Positions 7,654 through 18,546 of a stretch of DNA of 35,093 nt are shown here, piece after piece. Source of the DNA: an uncultured Candidatus Saccharibacteria bacterium (lineage in GTDB: Bacteria > Patescibacteriota > Minisyncoccia > Phycocordibacterales > UBA2100). A program made the position numbers and the translations under genes. Position 1 is the stretch's first letter, and the number at the start of each line of letters is the position of its first letter. The stretch lies in the NCBI GenBank assembly GCA_964350885.1, contig CAYGKV010000008.1, forward strand, positions 1 through 35,093, read 5' to 3'. The notes under the pieces are model-generated. The model had not been told where the DNA came from, did no database searches, and worked only from the letters and a program-made list of their open reading frames with translations.

Positions 7654-9864
7654 ATGTTTCTTAGTCTTAAATCCATAGAACTTTCGGGATTCAAGTCTTT
7701 CGGCAAAAAGACCGAGCTTGCTTTTACGTCTCCCATCGCCTCTATCGTCGGGCCAAACGGAAGCGGGAAATCAAATGTCGCAGAAGGGTTTCGTTTTGTG
7801 TTGGGAGAGCAATCGATGAAGTCGATGCGATCCAAAAAGGGCGAGGATTTGATCTGGGGTGGATCCCCCGCCTTGCCGCGAATGAATCGTGCGTCGGTGA
7901 AAGTGATTTTTGATAACTCCAAACGGCTGCTCGATCTTGATTTTGCGGAAGTCGTCGTAGAGCGCATCGTCTATCGCGATGGGCAGAATGAATATCTATT
8001 GAACGGCACGCAGGTGCGCCTGAAGGACGTTATTCGCCTTTTGGCGGGGGCAAACATCGGCGGCTCAGGCTATCAGATTATTTCGCAAGGTGAGGCGGAT
8101 AGGATACTAAACGCATCTCCCAAAGAGCGCCGGGAGATGGTGGAGGATGCACTCGGACTCAAACTCTATCAGCACAAAAAAGCCGAGAGCGAGCGGAAGC
8201 TTGAGGAAACGGGAGTCAACATTGATAAAACAAAATCCCTACGCCGTGAGCTCGCTCCGCATATCAATTTCTTGCGGGTTCAAGTGGAGAAAATCGAGAA
8301 AGCACGCGAGATGAAAGAAGAGCTTGCGGTGAAACTCAACGAATACCTTGCGCGCGAGAATGCGTGGATAACACAGGAAAATGCGCGACTTCTCGAGGAG
8401 GTGCGCTCGTACGAAGTGATGCTGAAGAATTTGACCGAGCGCATGAAAGAAGCGGAGCGGGTAAGGGGTAGCAGCGCCCATACGCCGATCACACACCTTG
8501 AGCAAAAAGTGAGAGACATCGAACACAAACTTTCCGATGTGCGGAAAAAACACGAGGAAATCGCTCGCGAACTAGGACGTGCAGAGGGGGCCTTGGGAGT
8601 GAATACGGTGACGGTAGAGCAAATCGTCGCGGTGCCCCATGTGCGACAATTTGCCCGCGAAATGAGCGAGGCCCTGGAAGAGGCGGGGGTGAAGGAAGAC
8701 ATTGCGGTCGTCCGCGCGCTCCTCGGGGAGCTGCGTGGTCGCATCAAGGCGTTTGTAGACGGCCTTTCGGGGGCAGCACCCGAGACACATGAAGAGGTAC
8801 GTCGGCAGGTGGAATCTCTCGGTGCAAATCTCAAGAAAACAGAGGAGGAGGCATCGAGGCTCGCTCTCGAGGCGGAAGCAGAACGTGCGAAAATTGTCGA
8901 GGCACGCGACGCATCATTCCAAGCCGAGCGAGAAGTGGTGGGGCTTGACGCAGATGTGCGAGAGGCGCAAGGGAAGCTCAATGTGGCGCTTGCGGCGCGT
9001 GCGAATCTGGCGGGCTTGCGGCAACGATTTGAAGAGGAAGTCCGAGAGGGTATTGCGCTCATTGGCGCCGCCGTGCATGGCTGGGAAAAAGCGGAGATTC
9101 CACCGGGCGCGCTGCTTGAAGAAGATCGGCGAGCACAAGAAAAGCGACGACGAGAAATCGAGCGGTTGAAAATAAAGATCGAAGAATCGGGTATCGGGAG
9201 CGGAGATGCGGTCATCAAAGAATTCCGGCAAACGAAAGAACGCGAAGAATTTCTTGCACGTGAACTTGCTGATCTGGAGTCGTCGGCAGGAAAGCTCGAA
9301 GATATTATTACGGAACTGGAAAAAACTATTGACATTCGATTTACCGAAGGCTTGAAGCACATCAATGAGGCATTGCAAATCTTTTTCACCAAACTCTTCG
9401 GCGGCGGGCACGCGAAGCTTTATATCGAGCAGCCACGCCGGGTTTCGAAGCGCGATCTTGAGACGGAAGAGGATGATGAAGAAACAATACCCGAAGAAGA
9501 GGAACTCTACGCGGGGCTTTCTATCGATGTCTCACTCCCCCGCAAGAAGATTCGTGGATTGGAGGTGCTTTCGGGCGGTGAACGCGCACTTACCTCCATT
9601 GCGCTCATCTTTTCCATGTCACAAGTGAATCCCCCACCGTTTCTGATTCTTGATGAGACCGACGCGGCCCTGGATGAAGCCAATAGCAAACGCTACGCGG
9701 ACATGATAGAGGAGCTAGGCAAGAAATCGCAGCTAATCGTTATCACCCACAACCGCGCGACTATGGCAGCGGCGGGCGAACTCTATGGGGTCACGATGGG
9801 GCAGGACGGGGTCTCCAAACTGTTGTCGGTGAAGCTTGAGGAGGCAGAAAAGGTTGCGAAATAA
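7654..9864 (+). CDS. smc: Short SMC-family ATPase
   Basis: GFKSF, Walker A GPNGSGKSN, IISQG Q-loop, coiled coils, LSGGE signature, ILDETDAALD, ITHN; rnc-smc context. Confidence 0.9.
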   Translation: MFLSLKSIELSGFKSFGKKTELAFTSPIASIVGPNGSGKSNVAEGFRFVLGEQSMKSMRSKKGEDLIWGGSPALPRMNRASVKVIFDNSKRLLDLDFAEVVVERIVYRDGQNEYLLNGTQVRLKDVIRLLAGANIGGSGYQIISQGEADRILNASPKERREMVEDALGLKLYQHKKAESERKLEETGVNIDKTKSLRRELAPHINFLRVQVEKIEKAREMKEELAVKLNEYLARENAWITQENARLLEEVRSYEVMLKNLTERMKEAERVRGSSAHTPITHLEQKVRDIEHKLSDVRKKHEEIARELGRAEGALGVNTVTVEQIVAVPHVRQFAREMSEALEEAGVKEDIAVVRALLGELRGRIKAFVDGLSGAAPETHEEVRRQVESLGANLKKTEEEASRLALEAEAERAKIVEARDASFQAEREVVGLDADVREAQGKLNVALAARANLAGLRQRFEEEVREGIALIGAAVHGWEKAEIPPGALLEEDRRAQEKRRREIERLKIKIEESGIGSGDAVIKEFRQTKEREEFLARELADLESSAGKLEDIITELEKTIDIRFTEGLKHINEALQIFFTKLFGGGHAKLYIEQPRRVSKRDLETEEDDEETIPEEEELYAGLSIDVSLPRKKIRGLEVLSGGERALTSIALIFSMSQVNPPPFLILDETDAALDEANSKRYADMIEELGKKSQLIVITHNRATMAAAGELYGVTMGQDGVSKLLSVKLEEAEKVAK

Positions 9865-9887
9865 CGGAAAGCTGGTACAGTGTCGCG

Positions 9888-10259
9888 ATGTTGAAAATAC
9901 GGATGCAGCGGACAGGGCGGATCAATAGTCCTTCTTTTCGCATTGTCGTCGTGGAGCACACGGCAAGCCCTAAGGCCGGGAAGTTTGTGGAGAAGGTGGG
10001 CACCTACAATCCTAAGAGCAAGGAGCGTAATTTGAATATCGAACGCGTGAAATACTGGATGTCGGTGGGTGCGCAGCCATCGGACACGGTGCACAACATG
10101 CTTGTGTCGCTCGGTGCCTTGAATGCCAAAAAGATCAACGTTCTTCCGAAGTACGTCGAACCGAAAAAAGAAGAGGCTCCCACTGCGGAAACTCCAGCAG
10201 CAGAGCCGGCTAAAGATGTGGTAGTAGAAGCAGCCGGGGAGGCTCCTGTTCAGGCATAA
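9888..10259 (+). CDS. rpsP: 30S ribosomal protein bS16
   Basis: MLKIRMQRTGR...FRIVV...EKVGTYNP...YWMSVGAQPSDTV; acidic Ala/Pro-rich tail. Confidence 0.97.
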   Translation: MLKIRMQRTGRINSPSFRIVVVEHTASPKAGKFVEKVGTYNPKSKERNLNIERVKYWMSVGAQPSDTVHNMLVSLGALNAKKINVLPKYVEPKKEEAPTAETPAAEPAKDVVVEAAGEAPVQA

Positions 10260-10300
10260 GTTTGTTATAATTGCTCGGTTATCAGGTAGATAGAAATGAT

Positions 10301-10666
10301 ATGGAACGAGATCAGCAATTTTTGGAGTACGTAGTGAAGGCGTTGGTAGATTTTCCAGATGATGTAAAAATAACCCGCACCGTAGATGAGATGGGGGTTC
10401 TGCTTACGCTCAAGGTGCACCAAGACGACATGGGCAAGGTGATCGGTCGCTCGGGTGCGACGGCGAAGGCGATCCGCACTGTTTTGCGCGTCGTAGGGAT
10501 GAAAAATGATGCGCGGGTTAATCTCAAGATCGAGGAGCCGGAAGGTTCTGAGCGTGGGCAAGGCATGGCGCCTGGTCGCGGTGAGCGCCCATCAAGTGCA
10601 CCATCGGAGCCGTATGTGCGCGACACCACGGTGGACGACGTCATTAAGGATTTGAAGGGGGAGTAG
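10301..10666 (+). CDS. khpA: KH-domain RNA-binding protein KhpA/YlqC
   Basis: FLEYVVKALVDFPDDV...DMGKVIGRSGATAKAIR; follows rpsP. Confidence 0.93.
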   Translation: MERDQQFLEYVVKALVDFPDDVKITRTVDEMGVLLTLKVHQDDMGKVIGRSGATAKAIRTVLRVVGMKNDARVNLKIEEPEGSERGQGMAPGRGERPSSAPSEPYVRDTTVDDVIKDLKGE

Positions 10667-10677
10667 GGGGGGCGCTC

Positions 10678-10771
10678 GGCGGCAGAGGATTTGGAAGAAC
10701 AACTTTTTTCTGCTGAAAAAAGTACTGTCCTCGGGCCAAGCCCTGCGGGGTCTTCCAAATCCTCTGCCGCC
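10678..10771. repeat. Multi-arm hairpin element with perfect 21-bp terminal inverted repeat
   Basis: GGCGGCAGAGGATTTGGAAGA (10678-10698) pairs with TCTTCCAAATCCTCTGCCGCC (10751-10771); two internal hairpins. Confidence 0.85.
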
Positions 10772-10803
10772 TCGCTTGAGGTGGAAGAATGGAGAATACA
10801 AGT

Positions 10804-11454
10804 ATGATTCACTTTCACATCGTCACACTTTTCCCTGAGTCTATCGAGCCGTATCTTAAAGCCTCGATTATCGGTCGCGCGCTGGCAGCGAAGAAAATCA
10901 AAATATCTTTTTACGATCCTAAGAATTTTACGCGCGATAAGTACGGGCGTGTGGATCGTAGGCCGTACGGTGGCGGCCCGGGGATGGTATTAGAGGCAGA
11001 CGGTATTTTGCGCGCCTCTCAAAAAGCGATAGGGAAGAAGAAGGGAGCTGAAAAGATATTTTTCTCAACCGACGGTGTGATATTTGATGAGGCAATGGCC
11101 AAGAAGTTATCCCAAAAGAAAGACATCCTCTTTATCTGCGGGCATTACGAAGGTGTGGATGCGCGGGTGCAAAAAATATTGAAAGCGAAGAAAGTCTCCA
11201 TGGGCCCGTATGTTCTTACGGGAGGTGAGTTGCCGGCAGCGACTATTATCGATGCGGTTACGCGCTTCGTGCCAGAGGTCTTGGGCAAAGCCGAGTCACT
11301 CGAAGCTTCCCGCGTTTCCTCGCCAGAAGTCTACACTCGGCCCGAGACTCTCGTGTGGAAAGGCAAGAAGTACAAGGTCCCTAAAGTCCTCCTCACCGGC
11401 CACCACGCAAAGATAGAGGAGTGGAAAAAGTCTAAACGAAGGCTTGACATGTAA
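10804..11454 (+). CDS. trmD: tRNA (guanine37-N1)-methyltransferase
   Basis: IVTLFPE, VDRRPYGGGPGMV, CGHYEGVDAR, SMGPYVLTGGE, YTRP. Confidence 0.97.
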   Translation: MIHFHIVTLFPESIEPYLKASIIGRALAAKKIKISFYDPKNFTRDKYGRVDRRPYGGGPGMVLEADGILRASQKAIGKKKGAEKIFFSTDGVIFDEAMAKKLSQKKDILFICGHYEGVDARVQKILKAKKVSMGPYVLTGGELPAATIIDAVTRFVPEVLGKAESLEASRVSSPEVYTRPETLVWKGKKYKVPKVLLTGHHAKIEEWKKSKRRLDM

Positions 11455-11472
11455 AGGCCCCTCGTATATATT
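11444..11472 (+). promoter_or_regulatory. Sigma70-type promoter for rpoBC
   Basis: TTGACA (11444-11449), 17-nt spacer, TATATT (11467-11472). Confidence 0.75.
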
Positions 11473-11622
11473 GTCCCGACATTTGCTACGAGCGATTGAG
11501 TTACGGTTGTGCTTTTGAAGCAATGGGGGGGGTGCCGAAAGGCACATTTGGATACAAAAATTTAATAACGGAATTCACACCTGGAGCGTCGGGAGACGCC
11601 CCATGGGTAGCTTGTTGTAATC

Positions 11623-14600
11623 ATGGCGAAAGCAAAAAGCGTGCGACCGCAGAAGTACTTCGGAAAGTTTCGTGAGCCGTTGGTGAAGTTTCCGAGCCTC
11701 GTCGAGGCGCAGATAAAATCGTTCCATGATTTTGTGGAAGGAGGCGCGGAGCGCGTTTTCAAGGAATTCTCTCCCATCAGCGATCATTCGGGGAAGAAAT
11801 TTGAATTAAAGCTCGTGAAGTTTTCCTTTGGGGAATTGCGCTGGGACGAGCAATACGCCAAGCGAGCGATGAAGACATACGAATCACCGCTCTCGATGGT
11901 GGTTAGACTAAAAAATAAGACGACGGGTGATGAAAAGGAGCAGGAAATATTTCTCGCTGATTTTCCGTGGATGACTCCGCACGGCACGTTCATTATCAAC
12001 GGCGTTGAGCGCATCGTGGTGCCGCAGCTCGCACGCTCATACGGCGTTTTCTTTGAATCGGTCCCCTACAAGGGGCAAAATTATTTTGCCGCAAAAATCA
12101 TCCCTGCCCGTGGTGTGTGGATCGAAATAGAATCCGACGCGGATGGCTGCATCTATGTGAAGGTAGATCGCAAGCGCAAGTTTCCCGTCACGTCACTCTT
12201 GCGGGTCTTGGGACTCGCGAGCGAAAAAGAAATCCTCTCAAAGTTTGAAGGGTCCTCACTTGCACAGGGCGTTATCGCTGCCACGCTCGCGCATGATCAC
12301 GCGCACACACCGGAAGAGGCGTTCGTCGAGATCTACCGCCGACTGCGCGATGGCGACATCGCGACCCCGGAGTCTGCGCGTACGCACGTCGAGTCTATCC
12401 TTTCTGCCGAGCGCTACGATTTTTCTCGGGTCGGCCGCTTCCACTTCAACCGCCGATTTGGACTTCCTACCACGGAGAAGGATCTACTCAATGCCACCCT
12501 TACACTTTCGGATGTCGTTCGCATCATCACAAACATTGCCGAGCTGAATGCGAATCCGAATGCACAGCCAGACGACATCGACCACCTCGGATTCCGCCGT
12601 GTGCGTTTTGCAGGTGAACTGCTCGAGGGTCGCATGCGTGTGGGCCTTTCTCGCATGAAGCGCAATATTCAGGATCGTATGGCAATGGTGGACGCAGAGA
12701 CCACCAATCCCGTATCGTTCGTAAATCCGCGCCCATTCCAGGCTGCTATCCGCGAATTTTTCACAACCGACCAGCTTTCTCAGCTCATGCAACAGTACAA
12801 TACGCTCGACGAGATCGAACACCTGCGCACACTTTCGACGCTTGGTCGCGGTGGCCTCACATCGGAGCGGGCAGGCCTTGAAGTGCGCGATGTGCACTCA
12901 TCGCACTACGGCCGCGTATGCCCTATCCACACACCAGAAGGTAAAAACATCGGACTCGTGTTGCACATGTCGCTCTACGCGCGTCCCAATGAATTCGGCA
13001 TTATCGAGACGCCGTATGCAAAGGTAGAGAAGGGAGTCATCACAAAAGAGATCGTGTATCTAAACGCGCTCGAAGAAGAGCAATACGCAATTGCGCATGC
13101 GGCAACGCCGTGTGACAGCGACGGGCTCATCAGCGTAAAAATGGCAGAAGTTCGCAAAGAGGGAAATCCGACGCTCGTGAAGCGTGACAATGTCGATTTC
13201 ATGGAAGTGGCAACGAACCAGCCATTTTCCGTTGCGACATCTCTCATTCCATTCGTCGAAAACGACGACGCCAACCGAGCGCTCATGGGTTCGAACATGC
13301 AAAAGCAGGCCGTCCCTTTGGTTGCACCGGAAGCACCTGTCGTAGCGACGGGCGTTGAGGCTGCTGCTGCACGCGATTCGGGTCGCCTCATCATCTCGGA
13401 AGAGTCCGGAGAGGTAGTCTATTCAGATGCGCAAATGATCAAGGTCAAGAATTCCGATGGAAAAACAAAAGAATATCCTCTCGTAAATTTCTCTCGTACC
13501 AACGGCTTTACGACCTTCCACCAGCGCCCGCTTGTGTCTGTCGGCGATACGGTAAAGAAAGGCACAACGCTCGCCGACACATCCACGTCGGTCGGCGGTC
13601 AGCTCGCGATCGGCCAAAATGTGCGCGTGGCGTTCTTGCCGTGGTTTGGTGCCAACTACGAAGACGCGATCGTCATTTCCGAGAAGCTTGCGAAAGAGGC
13701 TCGCTTCACTTCTATTCACATGGAGGAATTCATCTGTGTCGTACGCGATACGAAGCTCGGTGCTGAAGTCACGACGCACGATATTCCAAACGTATCAGAA
13801 TTTAAACTCCGCAATCTCGATGAAGACGGTGTGATCCGCATCGGTGCGGAAGTTCGCTCGGGAGATATTTTGGTAGGCAAAGTCACTCCGAAAGGCGAGA
13901 CTCAGCTTACGCCCGAAGAGCGACTCCTCCACGCGATATTCGGCGAGAAAGCAAAAGACGTGAAAGACACATCGTTGCGCATGGAAGGCGGAAAGCGCGG
14001 ACGTGTCATTGGTGTAAAAATATTTTCTCGCGAGACCGGAGATCAGCTCGAGAGCGGTGTCATCAAGCGCGTGCACATCGAGGTCGCGCAACTGCGCACC
14101 ATCGCGGTGGGCGACAAGCTTGCTGGCCGTCACGGCAACAAAGGTGTTATCTCGCGGATCCTTCCAGAAGAAGATATGCCTTTTGATGAGCAGGGGAATC
14201 CTGTCGACATCATTCTTACGCCACTCGGCGTGCCTTCTCGTATGAACCTCGGGCAAATTCTTGAACTGCATCTCGGGCTTGCTGCCGACATGCTCGGCTA
14301 CCAAGCTATTGTGCCTTCGTTTGCGGGCGCGACCGAAGAGGAGATCCGCAACGAATTGAAAGAGGCGGGTGTCTCGGACACAGGAAAGAGGATTCTCTTC
14401 GACGGTCGCACGGGGGAAGCATTTGCGCAACCTGTCTCGGTCGGCGTTATGTACATGCTGAAGCTTCACCACATGGTTGAGGATAAAATCCACATGCGCT
14501 CCATCGGGCCGTACTCACTCACGACGCAGCAACCTCTCGGCGGTAAAGCGCAAAACGGTGGTCAGCGTGTGGGGGAAATGGAAGTCTGGGCATTCTTGGG

Positions 14601-14802
14601 TTACGGAGCTGCATACTCGCTCCGCGAGATTCTCACCATAAAATCCGATGACATTGTGGGCCGCTCGGCGGCGTTCGATGCCATCGTTTCCGGCAAGCGA
14701 ATTCAAGAATCCAATACCCCCGCGACGTTTAATGTCTTGGTCCGGCATTTGCGTGGGTTGGGAATCGATATCGAATTTAAAGGTGGCACTCAAAACTTCT
14801 AA
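11623..14802 (+). CDS. rpoB: RNA polymerase beta subunit
   Basis: GTFIINGVERIVV, DDIDHLG, DDANRALMGSNMQ, GDKLAGRHGNKG, LGVPSRMN, QQPLGGKAQ. Confidence 0.99.
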   Translation: MAKAKSVRPQKYFGKFREPLVKFPSLVEAQIKSFHDFVEGGAERVFKEFSPISDHSGKKFELKLVKFSFGELRWDEQYAKRAMKTYESPLSMVVRLKNKTTGDEKEQEIFLADFPWMTPHGTFIINGVERIVVPQLARSYGVFFESVPYKGQNYFAAKIIPARGVWIEIESDADGCIYVKVDRKRKFPVTSLLRVLGLASEKEILSKFEGSSLAQGVIAATLAHDHAHTPEEAFVEIYRRLRDGDIATPESARTHVESILSAERYDFSRVGRFHFNRRFGLPTTEKDLLNATLTLSDVVRIITNIAELNANPNAQPDDIDHLGFRRVRFAGELLEGRMRVGLSRMKRNIQDRMAMVDAETTNPVSFVNPRPFQAAIREFFTTDQLSQLMQQYNTLDEIEHLRTLSTLGRGGLTSERAGLEVRDVHSSHYGRVCPIHTPEGKNIGLVLHMSLYARPNEFGIIETPYAKVEKGVITKEIVYLNALEEEQYAIAHAATPCDSDGLISVKMAEVRKEGNPTLVKRDNVDFMEVATNQPFSVATSLIPFVENDDANRALMGSNMQKQAVPLVAPEAPVVATGVEAAAARDSGRLIISEESGEVVYSDAQMIKVKNSDGKTKEYPLVNFSRTNGFTTFHQRPLVSVGDTVKKGTTLADTSTSVGGQLAIGQNVRVAFLPWFGANYEDAIVISEKLAKEARFTSIHMEEFICVVRDTKLGAEVTTHDIPNVSEFKLRNLDEDGVIRIGAEVRSGDILVGKVTPKGETQLTPEERLLHAIFGEKAKDVKDTSLRMEGGKRGRVIGVKIFSRETGDQLESGVIKRVHIEVAQLRTIAVGDKLAGRHGNKGVISRILPEEDMPFDEQGNPVDIILTPLGVPSRMNLGQILELHLGLAADMLGYQAIVPSFAGATEEEIRNELKEAGVSDTGKRILFDGRTGEAFAQPVSVGVMYMLKLHHMVEDKIHMRSIGPYSLTTQQPLGGKAQNGGQRVGEMEVWAFLGYGAAYSLREILTIKSDDIVGRSAAFDAIVSGKRIQESNTPATFNVLVRHLRGLGIDIEFKGGTQNF

Positions 14803-14807
14803 TCACT

Positions 14808-17800
14808 ATGACTACAAAAAAGAAAGACGTCATCCCGCAGGATTTTGAAGCAGTCGCGATGCGGCTCGCTTCTCCCGAGCGCATGCTCGAGTGGAGTTTT
14901 GGAGAAATCACCAAGCCAGAAACGATCAACTACCGCACGCAACGTCCGGAGAAAAACGGACTCTTCGATGAGCGCGTGTTTGGCCCTGAAAAAGATTATG
15001 AATGTTACTGCGGCAAATATCGCGGGATCCGTTTTCGCGGCATCGTCTGTGAGAAATGTGGTGTAGAGATCACCCGCGCCATTGTGCGCCGCGAGCGCAT
15101 GGGCCACATTGATCTTGCGACTCCTGTCTCGCACATTTGGTTTTTACGCGGCATTCCATCACGTATTGCCCTCATGCTCGGACTTTCGGCTGCAGAGGTA
15201 GAGAAAGTCGTCTATTTCGCCGGCTACATCGTGACGCATGTCGACGAGGCGGAGCGCACTCGACTCTTGAAGGATTTGGAACAGGAGTTCCAGACAAAGA
15301 ACAAGTCGGCTGCAAATGCAGAGGTGAAGACAGATCTCAAAGAGCGTGCGACGAAAGCAAAGAAAGAGATCGAGTCGATTCGACACGGTGTGGTCTTGGA
15401 CGAAGCGACGTACCACCTCTTTGCGGTCAAGTATGGCGCGATGTTCCGCGCGGCGATTGGTGCAGAGGCTCTGTATTCCATTTTGAAAAATATCGACATC
15501 GACAAATTCATCAAGCAGGTCAAAGAGGAGTATGAGAAGTCGGGAGCGGCGGATCGTGACAAGCTGCGCAAGCGTCTCGGACTCGCGGAGAGCTTGCAGC
15601 GTGCCGGCGTCCGACCCGAGTGGATGTTCTTGACGCGCTTGCCGGTTGTACCTCCTGCGCTTCGTCCAATGGTGGCACTCGAAGGTGGTCGCCACGCATC
15701 GTCGGATTTGAACGACCTCTATCGTCGCGTCATCAACCGCAACAACCGCTTGAAGCGCCTTCAGGCAATTCACGCGCCGGAAGTCATTTTGCGCAATGAA
15801 AAGCGCATTTTGCAGGAAGCAGTAGATGCGCTCCTCGATAACTCAATGCGACGCGGTGCGGGTGTGCTCGGCATTTTGGGTGGCCGTCGACGCGCGCTCA
15901 AATCGCTTGCTGATTACCTCAAAGGCAAACACGGATACCTTCGTCAAAACTTGCTCGGTAAGCGTGTTGACTATTCCGGTCGTTCGGTCATCGTCGTTGG
16001 TCCCGATCTCGCGCTCGATGAGTGTGGATTGCCAAAACACATGGTCTTGGAGCTATTCCGTCCGTTTGTTATTCAAGGACTTTTGGCTCGTGAGCTTGCG
16101 TACAACATTCGCGGAGCGGGCCGCCTCATCGAAGACGAAGCCCCAGAGGTGTGGCCAATTCTTGAAGAGGCTATCAAAGATAAATACGTGCTCTTGAACC
16201 GCGCGCCGACACTGCACCGCCAATCAATCCAGGCCTTCCGTCCCGTCCTTATCGAAGGTAATGCGATCCAGGTGCACCCGCTCGTGTGTCCTGCATACAA
16301 TGCCGACTTCGATGGTGATGCGATGGCAGTGCACGTGCCGCTCTCCGAAGCCGCACAGATGGAAGCAAAAATGATGATGTCGGCCAACAAAAACATCCTG
16401 AAGCCGGGATCCGGCGACGTCGTCGTGGCAAGCAAGCTTCTCGATATCATTCTCGGCTGTTACTGGATGACAAAAGCAGTCGATGGACTGAAGGGAGAGG
16501 GAAATGCATTTCCGTCTACGAACGCCGCGATTACCACCTATGATTTTGGTGCGATCGATTTGCGTGCGAAGATCAAAGTGCTGCCAAGTGAAAACAAGAA
16601 GTACGAACAATTTGGCGGGAATGTGTTTGAGACGACCGTCGGACGCCTCCTCTTCAATTCCGTGCTTCCGAGCGATTTCCCCTACCTGAATGAAGAAATA
16701 ACCAACAAGCGAATGGGTTCTCTCGTCCATAATCTCGTCACGCACTACAGTCTCGACGGTATTCCTGCCATTCTCGACAAAATCAAAGCATTCGGCTTCC
16801 GTTATGCGACGCACGCCGGCATCACCTGGGCCATTTCGGACATCGTCATTCCGAAAGTAAAAGAGGAAATGGTAAAAGAGGGGCGTGAGAAGGCGGCAAA
16901 GGAACTCGAAAACTACAACAGCGGACTTCTGACCGAAGATGAGCGTCGCCGCATGACCATTGAGATTTGGGGCAAGGTATCAGGCGATTTGCGCAAACAC
17001 GTCGTCGACGTACTGGATCGTCAGGGCCCTGTGCACGACATGATCACCTCAGGTGCTCGCGGCTCTGTCGTACAGCTCCATCAGATGGTGGGTATGAAAG
17101 GATTGATTACCAACCCACGTGGGGAAATCATCGAATTTCCGATCACGTCGTCTTTGAAAGAAGGCCTCACGCCGATCGAATACTTCATCTCAACGCACGG
17201 TGCACGAAAAGGTCTGGCCGACACCGCACTCAACACGGCACGCGCTGGTTACCTCACACGCCGACTTTTCGATGTCGCGCACGATGTCGTCGTACTGGAA
17301 GATGATTGTGGCACCAAAGAAGGCGTCGTCATTCCTCGCCCTGGAAAAGAAAATATCGGCGGCTCGTTTGCCGACCGCGTAGCGGGTCGCGTACTTGCAA
17401 GCGAAGCAGCGGGCTTCAAGCGCAACAAGCTTCTCAATCGAGATGACGCGAAAGTGGTAGAAGAAAGTAAAGAGACAGAAGTTACTGTGCGTAGCCCTAT
17501 GACGTGCGAGGTCGCTCGTGGCGTGTGTCGAGAGTGCTATGGTATGGATCTCACGACCGGCGAGCTTGTCGACGTGGGAGAAGCAATTGGGGTCATTGCA
17601 GCTCAGGCTATTGGTGAGCCGGGTACACAGCTCACGATGCGCACCTTCCACACCGGCGGCGTGGCGACCGTGGGCGGCGACATTACCATGGGTCTGCCGC
17701 GCGTCGAAGAGGTCTTCGAGACGCGCATACCGAAGCTCCCTGCCACCATCGCACGTGTTTCGGGCGTCGTCACCGACATTCAGAAAGACGGTCAGGAAAC

Positions 17801-18503
17801 AGTGATCACCATTCTTCCGGAAGCAAGTACCGCGACCAAGACCGCAAAAGCCGCAAAGAAAGATGCCGAGTATCGCATCCATCCGCTTCGCCAAATTCTC
17901 GTAAAAGTCGGCGCGAACATCACAAAAGGAGATTTCCTCACCGACGGTTCGGCAGACCTTGAAGAGCTCTTTACCTTCGCTGGCAAAGAGCGCGCTCAGC
18001 AGTACATCATCAACGAGATCACGCGCATCTACGAGCTTCAGGGTGTATCGACCGCTCGCAAGCACCTTGAGGTAATCGTGAAGCAGATGTTCTCTCGTGT
18101 CTCGATCACGAGCTCAGGAGACACGGGTGTCTCTGCAGGAGAGATTATTGCGGATTTCGAATACGCGCGCATCAACAAGACACAAAAGGATGTGGAAGGC
18201 GAGCTAGCAAAAGCAAAGCAGCTCTTGCTCGGTATCACTGAAGTCTCTCTTACACGCGCCTCATTCCTCTCGGCTATCTCATTCCAAAACACTCCACGTA
18301 AACTCGCTGAAGCAGCAGTCGGAGGGGCTGTCGACCGCCTCGTCGGACTTAAGGAAAACGTCATCATCGGTCGCCTCATCCCGGCGGGCACAGGATTCAA
18401 GGGCAGCAAGAAGTACAAGATGATAGAGCAGATGGAGGCAGAATTCGCCGCCGCCACACCTCTCGAAGTACCACAAACTGAACGTGAACGTTCCGACAAC
18501 TAA
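14808..18503 (+). CDS. rpoC: RNA polymerase beta' subunit
   Basis: [61 protein letters not shown]. Confidence 0.99.
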   Translation: MTTKKKDVIPQDFEAVAMRLASPERMLEWSFGEITKPETINYRTQRPEKNGLFDERVFGPEKDYECYCGKYRGIRFRGIVCEKCGVEITRAIVRRERMGHIDLATPVSHIWFLRGIPSRIALMLGLSAAEVEKVVYFAGYIVTHVDEAERTRLLKDLEQEFQTKNKSAANAEVKTDLKERATKAKKEIESIRHGVVLDEATYHLFAVKYGAMFRAAIGAEALYSILKNIDIDKFIKQVKEEYEKSGAADRDKLRKRLGLAESLQRAGVRPEWMFLTRLPVVPPALRPMVALEGGRHASSDLNDLYRRVINRNNRLKRLQAIHAPEVILRNEKRILQEAVDALLDNSMRRGAGVLGILGGRRRALKSLADYLKGKHGYLRQNLLGKRVDYSGRSVIVVGPDLALDECGLPKHMVLELFRPFVIQGLLARELAYNIRGAGRLIEDEAPEVWPILEEAIKDKYVLLNRAPTLHRQSIQAFRPVLIEGNAIQVHPLVCPAYNADFDGDAMAVHVPLSEAAQMEAKMMMSANKNILKPGSGDVVVASKLLDIILGCYWMTKAVDGLKGEGNAFPSTNAAITTYDFGAIDLRAKIKVLPSENKKYEQFGGNVFETTVGRLLFNSVLPSDFPYLNEEITNKRMGSLVHNLVTHYSLDGIPAILDKIKAFGFRYATHAGITWAISDIVIPKVKEEMVKEGREKAAKELENYNSGLLTEDERRRMTIEIWGKVSGDLRKHVVDVLDRQGPVHDMITSGARGSVVQLHQMVGMKGLITNPRGEIIEFPITSSLKEGLTPIEYFISTHGARKGLADTALNTARAGYLTRRLFDVAHDVVVLEDDCGTKEGVVIPRPGKENIGGSFADRVAGRVLASEAAGFKRNKLLNRDDAKVVEESKETEVTVRSPMTCEVARGVCRECYGMDLTTGELVDVGEAIGVIAAQAIGEPGTQLTMRTFHTGGVATVGGDITMGLPRVEEVFETRIPKLPATIARVSGVVTDIQKDGQETVITILPEASTATKTAKAAKKDAEYRIHPLRQILVKVGANITKGDFLTDGSADLEELFTFAGKERAQQYIINEITRIYELQGVSTARKHLEVIVKQMFSRVSITSSGDTGVSAGEIIADFEYARINKTQKDVEGELAKAKQLLLGITEVSLTRASFLSAISFQNTPRKLAEAAVGGAVDRLVGLKENVIIGRLIPAGTGFKGSKKYKMIEQMEAEFAAATPLEVPQTERERSDN

Positions 18504-18521
18504 AACATGTCGTCCGATAGA

Positions 18522-18546
18522 ATGACGGACTTCGTAAGTCCGTCAT
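18522..18546. repeat. REP-like palindrome, family B, left copy
   Basis: ATGACGGACTTCGTAAGTCCGTCAT; contains the stop codon of transposase 2. Confidence 0.92.

Noticed and set aside
8280..9392. 370-aa antisense ORF in smc, and similar shadow ORFs in dnaE, rpoBC and the ABC gene
   Set aside because: Ser/Arg-rich mirror translations of real genes, with no motifs or expression signals.
936..18503. Inteins or introns in dnaE, rpoB or rpoC
   Set aside because: Lengths are normal or short, and no splice-junction or homing-endonuclease motifs were seen.
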